From the NCBI GenBank assembly GCA_028281985.1, contig JANQIU010000030.1, positions 12,615 through 76,614 of the forward strand: 64,000 nt of DNA, in the 5' to 3' direction. Both the position numbers and the translations under genes were made by a program. The stretch is from Alphaproteobacteria bacterium (GTDB lineage: Bacteria; Pseudomonadota; Alphaproteobacteria; DSM-16000; Inquilinaceae). Below are positions 42,548 to 52,570 of this stretch, piece after piece (positions within the stretch are counted from its first letter, which is position 1; every line of letters starts with the position of its first letter). The notes under the pieces were generated by a model that was not told the origin of the DNA, did no database searches, and saw only the letters and a program-made list of their open reading frames with translations.

Positions 42548-43456
42548 ATGAGCGATCTTCCCAGCAGGCCGGAAGACGCGGTGCCGGCGAAACCGGCCGG
42601 CTTTGCCCTGTTCCGCAGCCTGCGCCGGGCCCCGCTGATAGTGCAGACCGGGTTCGTCTTCCTGACGCTCATCGTTCTGCTGTGCCTGGCCGGCAACCTG
42701 CTCACCCCGCACGGCTATACCGAAACCAACCTCCTCAATCGCCTGGAAGCGCCGGTCTTCATGGGCGGCTCATCGGAGTTCCTGCTGGGCACCGACCGGC
42801 TCGGGCGTGACCTGCTGGCGCGATTGATCTTTGCGCTCCGGGTCAGCGTCGTCATCGCCATCCTGGGTACGCTGATCGGTGCGGTGCTGGGGACCCTGTT
42901 GGGGTTCCTCGCGGCGCACGCCCGCGGCTGGGCCGAAGAAGCGATCATGTTGATGGTCGACTTCCAGGCCTCGATGCCGTTCATCATCATCGCCCTGTGC
43001 CTGCTGGCCTTCTTCGGCAACTCGCTGACCCTGTTCATCTTCATCATGGGGCTGAACGGGTGGGAGATTTACGCCCGCCTGACCCGCGGCGTCGTGTTAT
43101 CGGCCAAGGCCCAGCCCTATACCCAGGCGGTGGTGGCGCTGGGCGCCAATCCGCTGCGCCTCTATGCCCGACATGTGCTGCCCAACGTCGCCGGCATCCT
43201 GATCGTCCAGTTCACGTTGAACTTTCCGCTGACCATCCTGCTGGAAACCGCCTTGAGTTTCCTCGGGCTGGGCATCCAGCCGCCCCTGACCAGCCTGGGC
43301 GTCATCCTCGGCGAAGGGCGCGACTACCTGATCAACGCCCCCTGGATCTCCGTCTCGCCGGGCATCCTGATCTTTCTGACGACGCTGTCGATGAGCCTGA
43401 TCGGCGACTGGCTGCGCGACGAGATGGATCCGACGTTGAAGCGTTCCGGGACATGA
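42548..43456 (+). CDS. peptide ABC transporter permease (DppC/GsiD-like)
   Basis: 302 aa, N-terminal TM, conserved loop (YTQAVVALGANPLRLYARHVLPNV). Confidence 0.9.
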   Translation: MSDLPSRPEDAVPAKPAGFALFRSLRRAPLIVQTGFVFLTLIVLLCLAGNLLTPHGYTETNLLNRLEAPVFMGGSSEFLLGTDRLGRDLLARLIFALRVSVVIAILGTLIGAVLGTLLGFLAAHARGWAEEAIMLMVDFQASMPFIIIALCLLAFFGNSLTLFIFIMGLNGWEIYARLTRGVVLSAKAQPYTQAVVALGANPLRLYARHVLPNVAGILIVQFTLNFPLTILLETALSFLGLGIQPPLTSLGVILGEGRDYLINAPWISVSPGILIFLTTLSMSLIGDWLRDEMDPTLKRSGT

Positions 43457-43461
43457 GCCGC

Positions 43462-44343
43462 CTAGCGCGTGCCCGGCAGATGGGCGGCGGCATAGCCGAC
43501 GATGGCTTCGGCGACGACGTCCAGGTCGGCGGCCAGACGATCGAAGCCGGGACCGCGTTCGCGCGTCACCTCGTCCATGTAGAGCCGCCGGTTGATCTCG
43601 ATCTGCAGGCTGTGCCGGTTGTGGGCCGGATCGGCGTGGCGCCGCACCAGTTCCGCCCCCTTGAACGGGTCGTTGATCCGGGTTTCGTAGCCCTGTCGCC
43701 GGAACACCGTGGCGACGAAATCGGTGAAACCGGGATCGCATGCCGTACCATCCCGGTCGCCCAGCACGATGTCGGCGCGGTGCGCCCCGTCCGCATCCGG
43801 CGACAGCCGGTGCCCGGTCGACGGCATGGAATGGCAGTCCACATGCCACACGGCGCCATGGCGCCCGTGGGCCGCATCGAGCAGGTCGGCGAGTGCCGCA
43901 TGGTAGGGATACCAGTAGGTATCGATCCGCTGCCAGACCGCCTGAACCGACAGACGGTCGGCATACATCGGCGTGTCGCCCCAGGCGTATCGCCAGATCA
44001 GCCCCATGCCCCGGCGCACCGAATCCGCATCGCTCAACGGCCCGGGCCAGGGGGCGTCCAGCAACACTGGATCGATGTCTTCAGGCGCCCGGTTCAAGTC
44101 CAGGAAGCTGCGCGGAAACTCCGCCGCCAGCAGGGGGGCGCCATGCCTTGGAACCGCGGCCCACAACGCGTCCACATGGGTGTCGGCCGAGACCAGCACC
44201 AGGGAGTCCGGCACGGCAGGTTGAAACCCGGCCGGCATGGCCACGCCGGAATGCGGAGAATCGAACACGACGGGTGCCGGCGCCCCATCGTCCACCGGGG
44301 GGACGATATGGAACACGCCCGGACGGTTTTGCGGCAAGCTCAT
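43462..44343 (-). CDS. N-formylglutamate amidohydrolase family protein
   Basis: ATG at 44343. Motifs VVFDSPHSG, VDCHSMPS, SLQIEINRRLYMDE. Confidence 0.82.
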   Translation of the reverse strand: MSLPQNRPGVFHIVPPVDDGAPAPVVFDSPHSGVAMPAGFQPAVPDSLVLVSADTHVDALWAAVPRHGAPLLAAEFPRSFLDLNRAPEDIDPVLLDAPWPGPLSDADSVRRGMGLIWRYAWGDTPMYADRLSVQAVWQRIDTYWYPYHAALADLLDAAHGRHGAVWHVDCHSMPSTGHRLSPDADGAHRADIVLGDRDGTACDPGFTDFVATVFRRQGYETRINDPFKGAELVRRHADPAHNRHSLQIEINRRLYMDEVTRERGPGFDRLAADLDVVAEAIVGYAAAHLPGTR

Positions 44344-44374
44344 GGACAACCGGATCGTTGGGGAACGCCCTGCG

Positions 44375-45928
44375 ATGGGCCTGGAAACGGCGGACAGTAG
44401 CATGGGCACCGACCGCGTCGAGCAATGGCAGATCCGCAAGCCGGCCGTCGTCACCGACCGCGGCGTCGTGACCTCACAGCACTGGCAGGCCGCCACTGTC
44501 GGCGCCGACGCGCTAAGGGATGGCGGCAATGCCGTCGATGCCGCGGTCGCCACTGCCCTGGCCCTGCAATGCTGTGAGCCCTGGATGTCAGGGCTGGCGG
44601 CCAGCGGCTACATGCTGGTCGGCGAACGGTCGGGCGCGGTGATGGTGGTGGAGTTCACCGGCCAATGCCCGCTGTCGATCGATCCGGCCTGCTATCCGCT
44701 GGATCCGGCCGGCGGCACCTCTTTCCTTGGCTTTCCCCGGGTGCAGAACGACCGGAACGTGGTCGGGTGGGAGGCGGTGTGCGTCCCGGGTGCGGTGGCC
44801 GGCCTGTCGGCCGCCCTGGACCGGTGGGGCCGGTTGGGCTGGGACCGTGTCCTGGCCCCGGCAATCGACATGGCCGACCGGGGGATCGGCATCGACTGGC
44901 ACGCGACCCTGGCGATTGCCCTGGCCCATGCGGACCTCGTGCGCGATCCCGCGGCAAAGGGCGTATTCCTGCCCGGCGGATCGCCGCCGGCCCCGGGCAC
45001 CCGCCTGGCGAATCCGTCGCTTGCCCGGACGCTCCGGACCCTTGCCGAAGCCGGCCCGGACGCCTTCTACACCGGCGTCATCGCGGGGTGCCTTCTGGAC
45101 GACCTGCGTGCCGGTGGCAGCGCCATCGCAGAGGAAGACCTTGCGGGCTACCGCGCGTCGATCCACGCCCCGGACTGGGGAACCCACGGCCCTGCCCGCA
45201 TCGCCGTCGCGCCCCACACCAGCGGCGGACGCCGGCTGCTGGACGCCTTGGGCGCGCTGGAGGGGGTCCAACCGACGCCGGAAGGGTTTGTCGCGATCGC
45301 GGCGGCGCTGCAATCGGCCTTCGCCCGGCACGGCGATCTGATGCGTGCCCCGTCGCCGGAGGGCGGCAGCACCACCCAGGTGAACGCCGTCGATGCCGAC
45401 GGCATGCTGGTCAGCCTGACCTTCACGCTGCTGAACCGGTTCGGGGCCCGGGTCATGTCGCCGTCGACGGGCATCCTGCTCAACAACGGGATGGCCTGGT
45501 TCGACCCCCACCCCGACCGGCGCAATTCGCTGCACGGCGGCCGGCGGGCGCCCAACAACATGTGCCCGGTCATCGCCCAGCATCGGGATGGTGACCCCTG
45601 GTTCGCCCTGGGGGCATCCGGCGGCAACCAGATCGTTCCGGCGCTGACGCAGATCGTCACCTTCCTGGTCGACGCCGGCATGGACCTGGACGGCGCCATG
45701 CACCATCCCCGCCTCGACACCGGCCCCAGCGCCAAGGTGCGCGCACAACCGGACCTGGGAGAGCCGGCCCTGGCGGCGCTTCGACAGGCCTATGAGGTCG
45801 TCGAGACCCATCCCACGGTGTTTCCGCGGCTCTATGCGTCCCCTTCCGCGATCGTCCTGGCGCCGGACGGCCGGCGGCACGCATTGGCCGAAATCGGCTA
45901 TCCGTCGGCCGGCATGGCGGCCGGCTGA
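44375..45928 (+). CDS. ggt: gamma-glutamyltransferase family protein
   Basis: Motifs GGNAVDAAVA and autoprocessing-site region GGSTTQVNAVDADG. Start at 44375 or 44402 is uncertain. Confidence 0.85.
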   Translation: MGLETADSSMGTDRVEQWQIRKPAVVTDRGVVTSQHWQAATVGADALRDGGNAVDAAVATALALQCCEPWMSGLAASGYMLVGERSGAVMVVEFTGQCPLSIDPACYPLDPAGGTSFLGFPRVQNDRNVVGWEAVCVPGAVAGLSAALDRWGRLGWDRVLAPAIDMADRGIGIDWHATLAIALAHADLVRDPAAKGVFLPGGSPPAPGTRLANPSLARTLRTLAEAGPDAFYTGVIAGCLLDDLRAGGSAIAEEDLAGYRASIHAPDWGTHGPARIAVAPHTSGGRRLLDALGALEGVQPTPEGFVAIAAALQSAFARHGDLMRAPSPEGGSTTQVNAVDADGMLVSLTFTLLNRFGARVMSPSTGILLNNGMAWFDPHPDRRNSLHGGRRAPNNMCPVIAQHRDGDPWFALGASGGNQIVPALTQIVTFLVDAGMDLDGAMHHPRLDTGPSAKVRAQPDLGEPALAALRQAYEVVETHPTVFPRLYASPSAIVLAPDGRRHALAEIGYPSAGMAAG

Positions 45929-46036
45929 CGGTTTCGCGGGATCGCGCCCACCGGCGGGCGCCGTCCCTTGTTGTCGGATGCCGGAAAACCGGCCCCGGAG
46001 CGAACCGGGGCCGAAAGACCCATGGAGGCAGAGCGA

Positions 46037-47626
46037 ATGCTTGGATTGAGACATGTTACACGGGCCGCCGCGGCCGGGGCCATCGGCCTTGCTGTTGCAC
46101 TGGGGGGCACCCAGGCCCCGGCCCAGGAAGAGCGGCCGGAACTGGTCATCGCCGTCGACAACCTTTGGCGCACGCTGGAGCCGATGATCGGTTTCAGTTC
46201 CTCGGCCTATCGCTTCAACCAGAACATCTTCGGATCGCTGATCCGGCGCGACTTCCTGTCCGATCCGGAAGGCACCCAATACGACCCGTGGCTGGCCGAA
46301 AGCTGGGAGCGGACCTCGCCCACGGTCTGGACCATCCAGCTTCGTCAGGGCGTGCTGTTCCACAACGGCGAGGAGATGACGGCCGAAGACGTAGCCTTCA
46401 GCCTGTCCGCGGAACGCATGTGGGGCGAGGAACCGCTCGCCCGGCGCGGCCGCAGCTTCATGCGCAATACGGTACGCGTCGAGGCCACCGGCCCCTATAC
46501 GGTGGAGGTCGAAACCGGCTTCCCCGATCCGGTCTACATCCGCCGGTTCTCCAACCAGATCGGCATGATCGTCCCGGCCGACTATGCCGGCATGACGCCG
46601 GAGGAATTCGGCATGGCGCCGATCGGCACCGGCCCATACCGGGTGACCGAGTTCAATTCCGGCGACCGGCTGGTGATGGAAGCCTTTGACGACCATTGGT
46701 CCGGCCCGCCGCCGGCCGCCAAGATCACCTGGGTGATCGTGCCCGAACCCTCGGCGCGGCTGGCCGGGCTGGTGTCCGGGGAATTCGACTTCATCGTCAA
46801 CATCCCCGCCGACCAAGAAGAAGTGTTCGCCCAGTATCCGGACGTCACCCTGGTGAAGCGTTCGATCGCCAACTACCCGATGTTCGCGTTCAACACGCTG
46901 ATCACGGAGGAGAACCCGGACAACCCGCTGGTCGACGCCAATCTGCGCCGGGCGATGGTCAGTGCGGTGGATCGCGATACCATCACCGCTGCGCTGTGGG
47001 GCGACGTCACCTTCGTACCAACGCCGTTCAACTTCCCCGAATACGGGTCGGAATACTTCGATCCGGACCGGGCGCGGGCGTACCCCTACGACCCCGATCG
47101 GGCACGGGAGCTGCTGGCCCTGACCGACTATGACGGCGAGGAGCTGATCTGGAAGATCACGCGGGGCTTCTACCCCAACTACGAGTCGGCGGCGGAGATC
47201 ATGGTCGAGCAATGGCGCGAGGTGGGCATCAATGTCCGGCTGGCCATCGTCGACAATTTCTCGCTGGCCTACGAGCGGCCGTTCCACCTGCTGAACATGT
47301 CGATGGCCAGCGACTTTTCGGGCGACCCGATGCGCCCCTTGTGGATCGACTGGGGGCCGGGCTCGAACCGGGTCGGCGCGGCACACCGGACATGGGTCCC
47401 GACCGACCGGTTCATAGAGCTGGGCGAGGCCTTCGAACGGGAGCAGGAGCTTGACGGACGCCGCGACCTGTATCTGGAACTGGTCGGGGAATGGGAAGAC
47501 GTGACGCCGGGCATGTATCTCTGGCGCAACGTGCTGACCTGGGCGCACCGCGGCGACCTTGAATGGGTGCCGCAGGCCAATTCCGGCATGCGGCTGTTCG
47601 GCGACTACCTGACGCTGAACCCGTAA
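46037..47626 (+). CDS. family-5 (DppA/GsiB-like) ABC substrate-binding protein
   Basis: ATG at 46037 with GGAGG SD. Signal peptide ending TQAPA/QE. About 530 aa, typical SBP_bac_5 length and pattern. Confidence 0.88.
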   Translation: MLGLRHVTRAAAAGAIGLAVALGGTQAPAQEERPELVIAVDNLWRTLEPMIGFSSSAYRFNQNIFGSLIRRDFLSDPEGTQYDPWLAESWERTSPTVWTIQLRQGVLFHNGEEMTAEDVAFSLSAERMWGEEPLARRGRSFMRNTVRVEATGPYTVEVETGFPDPVYIRRFSNQIGMIVPADYAGMTPEEFGMAPIGTGPYRVTEFNSGDRLVMEAFDDHWSGPPPAAKITWVIVPEPSARLAGLVSGEFDFIVNIPADQEEVFAQYPDVTLVKRSIANYPMFAFNTLITEENPDNPLVDANLRRAMVSAVDRDTITAALWGDVTFVPTPFNFPEYGSEYFDPDRARAYPYDPDRARELLALTDYDGEELIWKITRGFYPNYESAAEIMVEQWREVGINVRLAIVDNFSLAYERPFHLLNMSMASDFSGDPMRPLWIDWGPGSNRVGAAHRTWVPTDRFIELGEAFEREQELDGRRDLYLELVGEWEDVTPGMYLWRNVLTWAHRGDLEWVPQANSGMRLFGDYLTLNP

Positions 47627-47637
47627 GGTTCTTTATC

Positions 47638-47667
47638 GGACGGGGGCGAGCGGCCCCCGTCCCTTTC
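47638..47667 (+). terminator. probable intrinsic terminator after the binding-protein gene
   Basis: GGACGGGGGC-gagcg-GCCCCCGTCC followed by CTTTC (short T-run). Confidence 0.55.
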
Positions 47668-47877
47668 GGCTGGCCTGCGCGCTGCCGCGATGGGGCGGCC
47701 TGCTCCAGGTTATTGCGTTTACGTCACCGAGACCGTCAGGACAGCCGACCGGCCCGATGCCGCAGCGATGATCGGCGGGTAACCGGAACCTGACCGCACG
47801 GCATCCTTGGATTGCCCTTCCGCCGACAGCATATCCACTCATGTATTGGGGGCCACCCGAAGTGTGGGAGCGCGAGG

Positions 47878-48480
47878 ATGCGCCCGAGTTTGCTGTTGAG
47901 CCTGATGCTGACGGTCGCGCTTTGGCCAGCTCCGGCCCCGGCCGACGCGGCATCCGATTGCGAACAGATCTTCACACCGGAACGGACCATCGCCGGTTGC
48001 ACCGCCGTGCTGCAGGCCGGTCGCCTGGAAGGCACCGCCCTGGCTCAGGTCTACACCAACCGGGCGCTGGGTCATGCCGCCCAGGGATCGCTGGATTTGG
48101 CGATCACCGACTATGACGACGCGATCAAGGCCGACCCGGACTATCCCTGGGCCTATAACGGCCGTGGGCGGGCCCACGCCGACCTTGGCGAGTACCGGCT
48201 GGCGATCCGGGATTTCGACCAGGTGATCCGGCGCATTCCCGGGACCGTGGCGGTCTCGTTCACCTATCGCGAGCGCGGCTTTGCCCGCTGTGCGCTGGGG
48301 CGACAGGAAACGGCGGTGGCCGACCTGACCCAGGCGATGACGCTGGGCGGCCTGTCCCCCTGGTCGATGCAGGAACGCCTGTCGGACGCCGGCTACTACA
48401 CCGGACCGGCCGACGGTGAACTCAGCGTCAGTTTCCTGGCCTCGGTTCGGGCCTGGGTGCGGGAGGGCTGTCCGGAGTAG
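47878..48480 (+). CDS. secreted TPR-repeat protein with a C-terminal peptidoglycan-binding-like segment
   Basis: ATG at 47878. Signal peptide. TPR repeats (AQVYTNRALGHAAQGSLDLAITDYDDAIKADP ...). C-terminus LSDAGYYTGPADGEL. Confidence 0.72.
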   Translation: MRPSLLLSLMLTVALWPAPAPADAASDCEQIFTPERTIAGCTAVLQAGRLEGTALAQVYTNRALGHAAQGSLDLAITDYDDAIKADPDYPWAYNGRGRAHADLGEYRLAIRDFDQVIRRIPGTVAVSFTYRERGFARCALGRQETAVADLTQAMTLGGLSPWSMQERLSDAGYYTGPADGELSVSFLASVRAWVREGCPE

Positions 48481-48530
48481 CTATGGCTGGGTCGCCTGGC
48501 CACCGCGCTCCGCAAAACCGGTGGCCACGC

Positions 48531-49592
48531 CTATCCCAGCGCGGCTTCGATCTCCCGGCCCAGGTCCTGGGTCGACGCTTTGCCGCCCATGTCCGGCGTC
48601 TTCACATCGCTGTCACGCAGCAACCGTTCAATCGCGGTCATGACAGCGGCGGCGGCATCCGGCTGGCCCAGATGGTCCAGCATCATTGCGCCCGACCAGA
48701 TTTGGCCGATCGGATTGGCGATGTTGCGGCCAGCGATGTCCGGGGCGGACCCGTGCACCGGCTCGAACATCGACGGGGCGGTTCGGGCGGGATTGATGTT
48801 GGCCGACGGGGCGATGGCAATCGTGCCGGTACAGGCCGGCCCCAGATCCGACAGGATATCGCCGAACAGGTTGCTGCCGACGACCACGTCGAACCAGTCC
48901 GGATTGCGCACGAACTGGGCGGCCAGAATGTCGATGTGGAACTGGTTCCAGGTGACCTGGGGATAGTCGGCCGCCACTGCCGCCACCCGCTCGTCCCAAT
49001 AGGGCATGGTGTGGATGATGCCGTTGGACTTGGTCGTCGAGGTCAGTGATTTGCGTGGCCGCGCCTGGGCCAGATCGAAGGCGTAGCGCAAGATGCGGTC
49101 GACCCCGTGGCGGGTGAACACGGTTTCCTGGACCGCCATTTCCCGATCGTCGCCCTGATACAGGCGGCCGCCGATCTCCGAGTACTCACCTTCACAGTTT
49201 TCGCGAACGATGACGAAATCGATGTCGCCGGGTGCGCGGCCGGCCAGCGGGCAGGGCACGCCGTCGAACAGGCGGACCGGGCGCAGGCTGACATACTGGT
49301 CGAACTGGCGGCGGATCGGGATCAGCAGGCCCCAGAGCGAGACATGGTCCGGTACGCCGGGAAAACCGACCGCGCCCAGGAAGATGGCGTCGTAGGGCCG
49401 CAGGCGGTCGATACCGTCCGCCGGCATCATACGACCGGTGGCGGCGTAGGTTTCGCAGCTCCAGTCAAAATGATCCCAGGACAGGGTGAACCCGAACCGG
49501 CCGGCCGCGGCGTCGAGCACCCGGATACCTTCCGGCATCACTTCCTTGCCGATGCCGTCTCCGGGGATGACGGCGATGCGATAGGTGGTCAT
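48531..49592 (-). CDS. tartrate dehydrogenase / D-malate dehydrogenase (isopropylmalate dehydrogenase family)
   Basis: Motifs YRIAVIPGDGIGKEV, FDWSCETY, VIVRENCEGEYS, NLFGDILSDL, FEPVHGSAPDIAG. ATG at 49592 (alternative TTG at 49604). Confidence 0.87.
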   Translation of the reverse strand: MTTYRIAVIPGDGIGKEVMPEGIRVLDAAAGRFGFTLSWDHFDWSCETYAATGRMMPADGIDRLRPYDAIFLGAVGFPGVPDHVSLWGLLIPIRRQFDQYVSLRPVRLFDGVPCPLAGRAPGDIDFVIVRENCEGEYSEIGGRLYQGDDREMAVQETVFTRHGVDRILRYAFDLAQARPRKSLTSTTKSNGIIHTMPYWDERVAAVAADYPQVTWNQFHIDILAAQFVRNPDWFDVVVGSNLFGDILSDLGPACTGTIAIAPSANINPARTAPSMFEPVHGSAPDIAGRNIANPIGQIWSGAMMLDHLGQPDAAAAVMTAIERLLRDSDVKTPDMGGKASTQDLGREIEAALG

Positions 49593-49824
49593 TGGCCTCC
49601 CCAAGCCGAACGCAACGTGGTGGGAACCGACGCCTTGGCTACGGCAACGGCACCTACCTTAAGGTCGACAATACCAACCTCAAGCATGACCGTCGGCGGC
49701 TGGCACCGAAAGGAGGCGGATACGATCCAGGTGAAAGTCGGCTTTGCCACTTCGCCGCCATTCGCTGCATGATAGAATGCGCGACGAACGATGGTATCGA
49801 ACCACCTGTATTCCGACCGTTTTC

Positions 49825-50514
49825 ATGACATTCGACCCGAAGGATCTTGTTCACGACGCTGACGGCGGCGCAGTTGTGCCTGCGGGCAGCCGAACGTTGG
49901 ATGCTTTGAACGGGGTATGGGCTTGGCTGTTCCGCGGTGAGGCGCCGCGCACGACCGGACCGCTGACGGCAAATGGACTGACCCGGCGCGATTGCCAGCG
50001 CAGATTCCGCTGGCGAGTGGCCTACCCCGCCGCGGCCGTTCTGTCTGGGATTCCCATCATTTTGTTGGTCGCCGGCGGCCTGGGCGCGATGAGCCGCGGG
50101 ACGCTGGAGGAAGATCTGCCGGGATTGCTGAGCGTGGCCGGCTTCGCCGCACTCGGCGGCTTTGTGCTGGCAGTCGTGCTGATTCCTGCCTGGCAGCGCG
50201 AGTATCGGGTGCGCGTCACCGACGTGGAACCGGACAACCTTTCGGTGCAGGCGGACGCACAGGGTCTATCGATGAGTCGAGACGGCCAAGTCACGTGCCA
50301 AGCACCCTGGAGCCGGCTGTCTCTGGTGGCCGTGCGGTTACAAGAAACCACAGACGGCCGCCTGGCATCTCGTTCCGGCTTGGTAGCCCTGATCCTCGCT
50401 GATGACCGTGGTCGCCAGGAGTCGGTGCCACTCTACGGGCTCGACCGGGGTCATCAGATGGCCCGTCGAATCCTAACCACGCTGGTTGAAAAAGGTCGGC
50501 TACGCCGCGCCTGA
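49825..50514 (+). CDS. hypothetical membrane protein (2 TM plus a cytoplasmic C-terminal domain)
   Basis: ATG at 49825. Two hydrophobic helices (AAAVLSGIPIILLVAGGLGA and SVAGFAALGGFVLAVVLIPA). No family recognised. Confidence 0.5.
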   Translation: MTFDPKDLVHDADGGAVVPAGSRTLDALNGVWAWLFRGEAPRTTGPLTANGLTRRDCQRRFRWRVAYPAAAVLSGIPIILLVAGGLGAMSRGTLEEDLPGLLSVAGFAALGGFVLAVVLIPAWQREYRVRVTDVEPDNLSVQADAQGLSMSRDGQVTCQAPWSRLSLVAVRLQETTDGRLASRSGLVALILADDRGRQESVPLYGLDRGHQMARRILTTLVEKGRLRRA

Positions 50515-50607
50515 AGGCTGCTGTATGCCCGTCTCTCCGCTGGAGGACTGCGCCTGCGGGCCGGTGGGACGGGCAACAACTGAATACCAGGATACGACTT
50601 GGCGAAA

Positions 50608-50683
50608 TGGCGACCCCTACGGGATTCGAACCCGTGTTGCCGCCGTGAAAGGGCGGTGTCCTAGGCCTCTAGACGAAGGGGTC
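50608..50683 (-). tRNA. tRNA-Glu (TTC)
   Basis: 76 nt. Acceptor GACCCCT/AGGGGTC, anticodon loop CTTTCAC, T-arm GGTTCGAATCC, encoded CCA. Confidence 0.92.
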
Positions 50684-50744
50684 AGCGTCGCGAGCGGACG
50701 GAGAGCTAGACTGCGCGACCGGGAAAATCAAGCACCATACGTCG

Positions 50745-52547
50745 CTATCGGTCGCTTTGGCCTGTCCCCGGCCACCACGCATCCATCGCATCGTCGATGA
50801 TCAACTGCGCGGTTTCCCGCCCCTGCCAGCTATTGACGGTCAGACGGCCGGCCAAACCCACCGGACTGCCCACGGCGCACCGCAAGGCTTCGCCCAACGG
50901 CGTGTCGACGACCCGGAAGGCGATGGCCGCCAGGCGCCCACCGACACCGTCGAGGCTGCACCGCAGATGCCCCTTGCCCACCGGCTCGGCCCAGCGCAGC
51001 ACCGCGTCCCGGATGGCGAATCGCGGCTCGGGATTGCCGGGACCGAAGGGACCGATCGCCGCCATGCTCCGGGCCAGTTCCAGCGTGGCACCCCCGGTCG
51101 ACAGCGACCCGTCGAGGTCGAGCACGGGAACCGCCTCGTGCCGCTCGGCATCCTTGGCCCGCTCCGCCAGGAAGGCGGAGAATGCCGCCACTCGGTCGGC
51201 GGCCACCGTGAAGCCGGCCGCCATCGGGTGGCCGCCACCATTGACGATCAGGCCCGCCTGGCGCGCGGCCAGAACCGCCGCGCCCAAATCGAAACCCGGA
51301 ACTGACCGTCCGGAACCCTTCCCGGTGTCGCCGTCCAGGGCGATGACGCAGGTCGGGCGGTGATAAAGCTCCTTCAGGCGGCCCGCGACGATGCCGATCA
51401 CGCCGGGATGCCATCCCCGCCCGGCGGCAACCACGACCGGCGACGCCGAGCCGTCGCTTTCCACCTGGCGCCGCGCCTGGGCCAGGACATCGGCTTCGAT
51501 GGTCTTGCGATCTTCGTTGTGGCTGTCCAGCAGCTCGGCGAGATGGGCTGCCTCAGCCGGATCGTCCGTCGCCAGCAGGCGGGCCCCCAGATCGCAGCGG
51601 CCGATGCGCCCGCCAGCATTGATGCGCGGACCGAACAGGTACCCCAGATGGCCGGCATCCGGCGGTGCGCGCAAACCCGCGCGGTCGGCCAGTGCCGCCA
51701 GGCCGGCATTGCCGCGCCGGGCCATTACCTTGAGGCCCTGGCGCACGAGAACACGGTTCAATCCGGTCAGCGGCGCCACGTCGCAGACCGTGGCCAACGC
51801 GACCAGATCCAGGAGCGGCAGCAGGTCGGGTTCGGACCCGCCGGCAAACCGTCCGCGAGCCCGCAGGACACGGACCACGGCGATCGACAGCAGGAAACAG
51901 ACGGCTGCCGCCGGCAGGTCGCCCAAGCCCGACCGATCATCGATCCGGTTGGGGTTGACCAGCGCCACGGCCGCCGGCCGGCGGATCTCGGCAGCGTGAT
52001 GATCCACCACGATGACGTCCAGGCCAACAGCCGTCGCAGCGTCGATCGCCTCAAAGCTGGTGGTGCCGCAATCGACCGCCACCACCAGCTCGACACCGGC
52101 CCGGGCCAGAGACACCAGGCCGTCGGCATTCAGGCCATAGCCCTCGCGCTGCCGGTCGGGGACATAAAGGTCCGCGTCCGATCCCAGTGCGCGCAAAAGC
52201 CGGATGATGATGGCGGCGCTGGCACCGCCGTCGACATCGTAATCGGCAAACACGGCGAGCCGGGCGCCGGCTTCAACAGCGTCCGCCAGGTGTTCCGCCG
52301 CCCGATCCATGTCCACGACAAGCGACGGGTCGGGAAGCTGGCGGCGCAGGGTCGGCGCCAGGTAATCGAGCGCGCCTTCCGGCGGTACCCCGCGCCCCGC
52401 CAGCACCCGCGCCGCCGGTTCGGCGAGCCCGGATATCTGAACCAGAGCGCGCAGGTGGCGGTCGTCGACCGGCCGCATCACCCAGCGGCGGCCGGTTACG
52501 GACAACCGGTCCGCCGCCGCCGACGGTCCCTGGGATCCGTCGGCCAC
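50745..52547 (-). CDS. recJ: single-stranded-DNA-specific exonuclease RecJ
   Basis: 600 aa. DHH motifs (VFADYDVDGGASAA, VDHH) and DHHA1 motif (GGGHPMAAG). Confidence 0.93.
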   Translation of the reverse strand: MADGSQGPSAAADRLSVTGRRWVMRPVDDRHLRALVQISGLAEPAARVLAGRGVPPEGALDYLAPTLRRQLPDPSLVVDMDRAAEHLADAVEAGARLAVFADYDVDGGASAAIIIRLLRALGSDADLYVPDRQREGYGLNADGLVSLARAGVELVVAVDCGTTSFEAIDAATAVGLDVIVVDHHAAEIRRPAAVALVNPNRIDDRSGLGDLPAAAVCFLLSIAVVRVLRARGRFAGGSEPDLLPLLDLVALATVCDVAPLTGLNRVLVRQGLKVMARRGNAGLAALADRAGLRAPPDAGHLGYLFGPRINAGGRIGRCDLGARLLATDDPAEAAHLAELLDSHNEDRKTIEADVLAQARRQVESDGSASPVVVAAGRGWHPGVIGIVAGRLKELYHRPTCVIALDGDTGKGSGRSVPGFDLGAAVLAARQAGLIVNGGGHPMAAGFTVAADRVAAFSAFLAERAKDAERHEAVPVLDLDGSLSTGGATLELARSMAAIGPFGPGNPEPRFAIRDAVLRWAEPVGKGHLRCSLDGVGGRLAAIAFRVVDTPLGEALRCAVGSPVGLAGRLTVNSWQGRETAQLIIDDAMDAWWPGTGQSDR

Positions 52548-52570
52548 CTAAGCTAGCGCCAGTGCGGCGA

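Noticed and set aside
44588-47548. 986-aa minus-strand ORF, the largest in the track. Similar long ORFs are 58652..60481 (-), 23091..25118 (+), 12523..14703 (+), 37933..39930 (-), 19772..21427 (-), 39773..41563 (+), 9078..10769 (+), 28589..30166 (+) and 17043..18671 (+).
   Set aside because: Each is antisense or out of frame to a gene with unmistakable family motifs (ggt/SBP, phaC, ilvD, ABC/scpB, ABC, xthA/erpA, gsiA-like, serS, tolC, SPOR). Their translations are Arg/Gly/Pro/Ala-rich with no motifs. This is the standard stop-codon-poor shadow effect in high-GC DNA.
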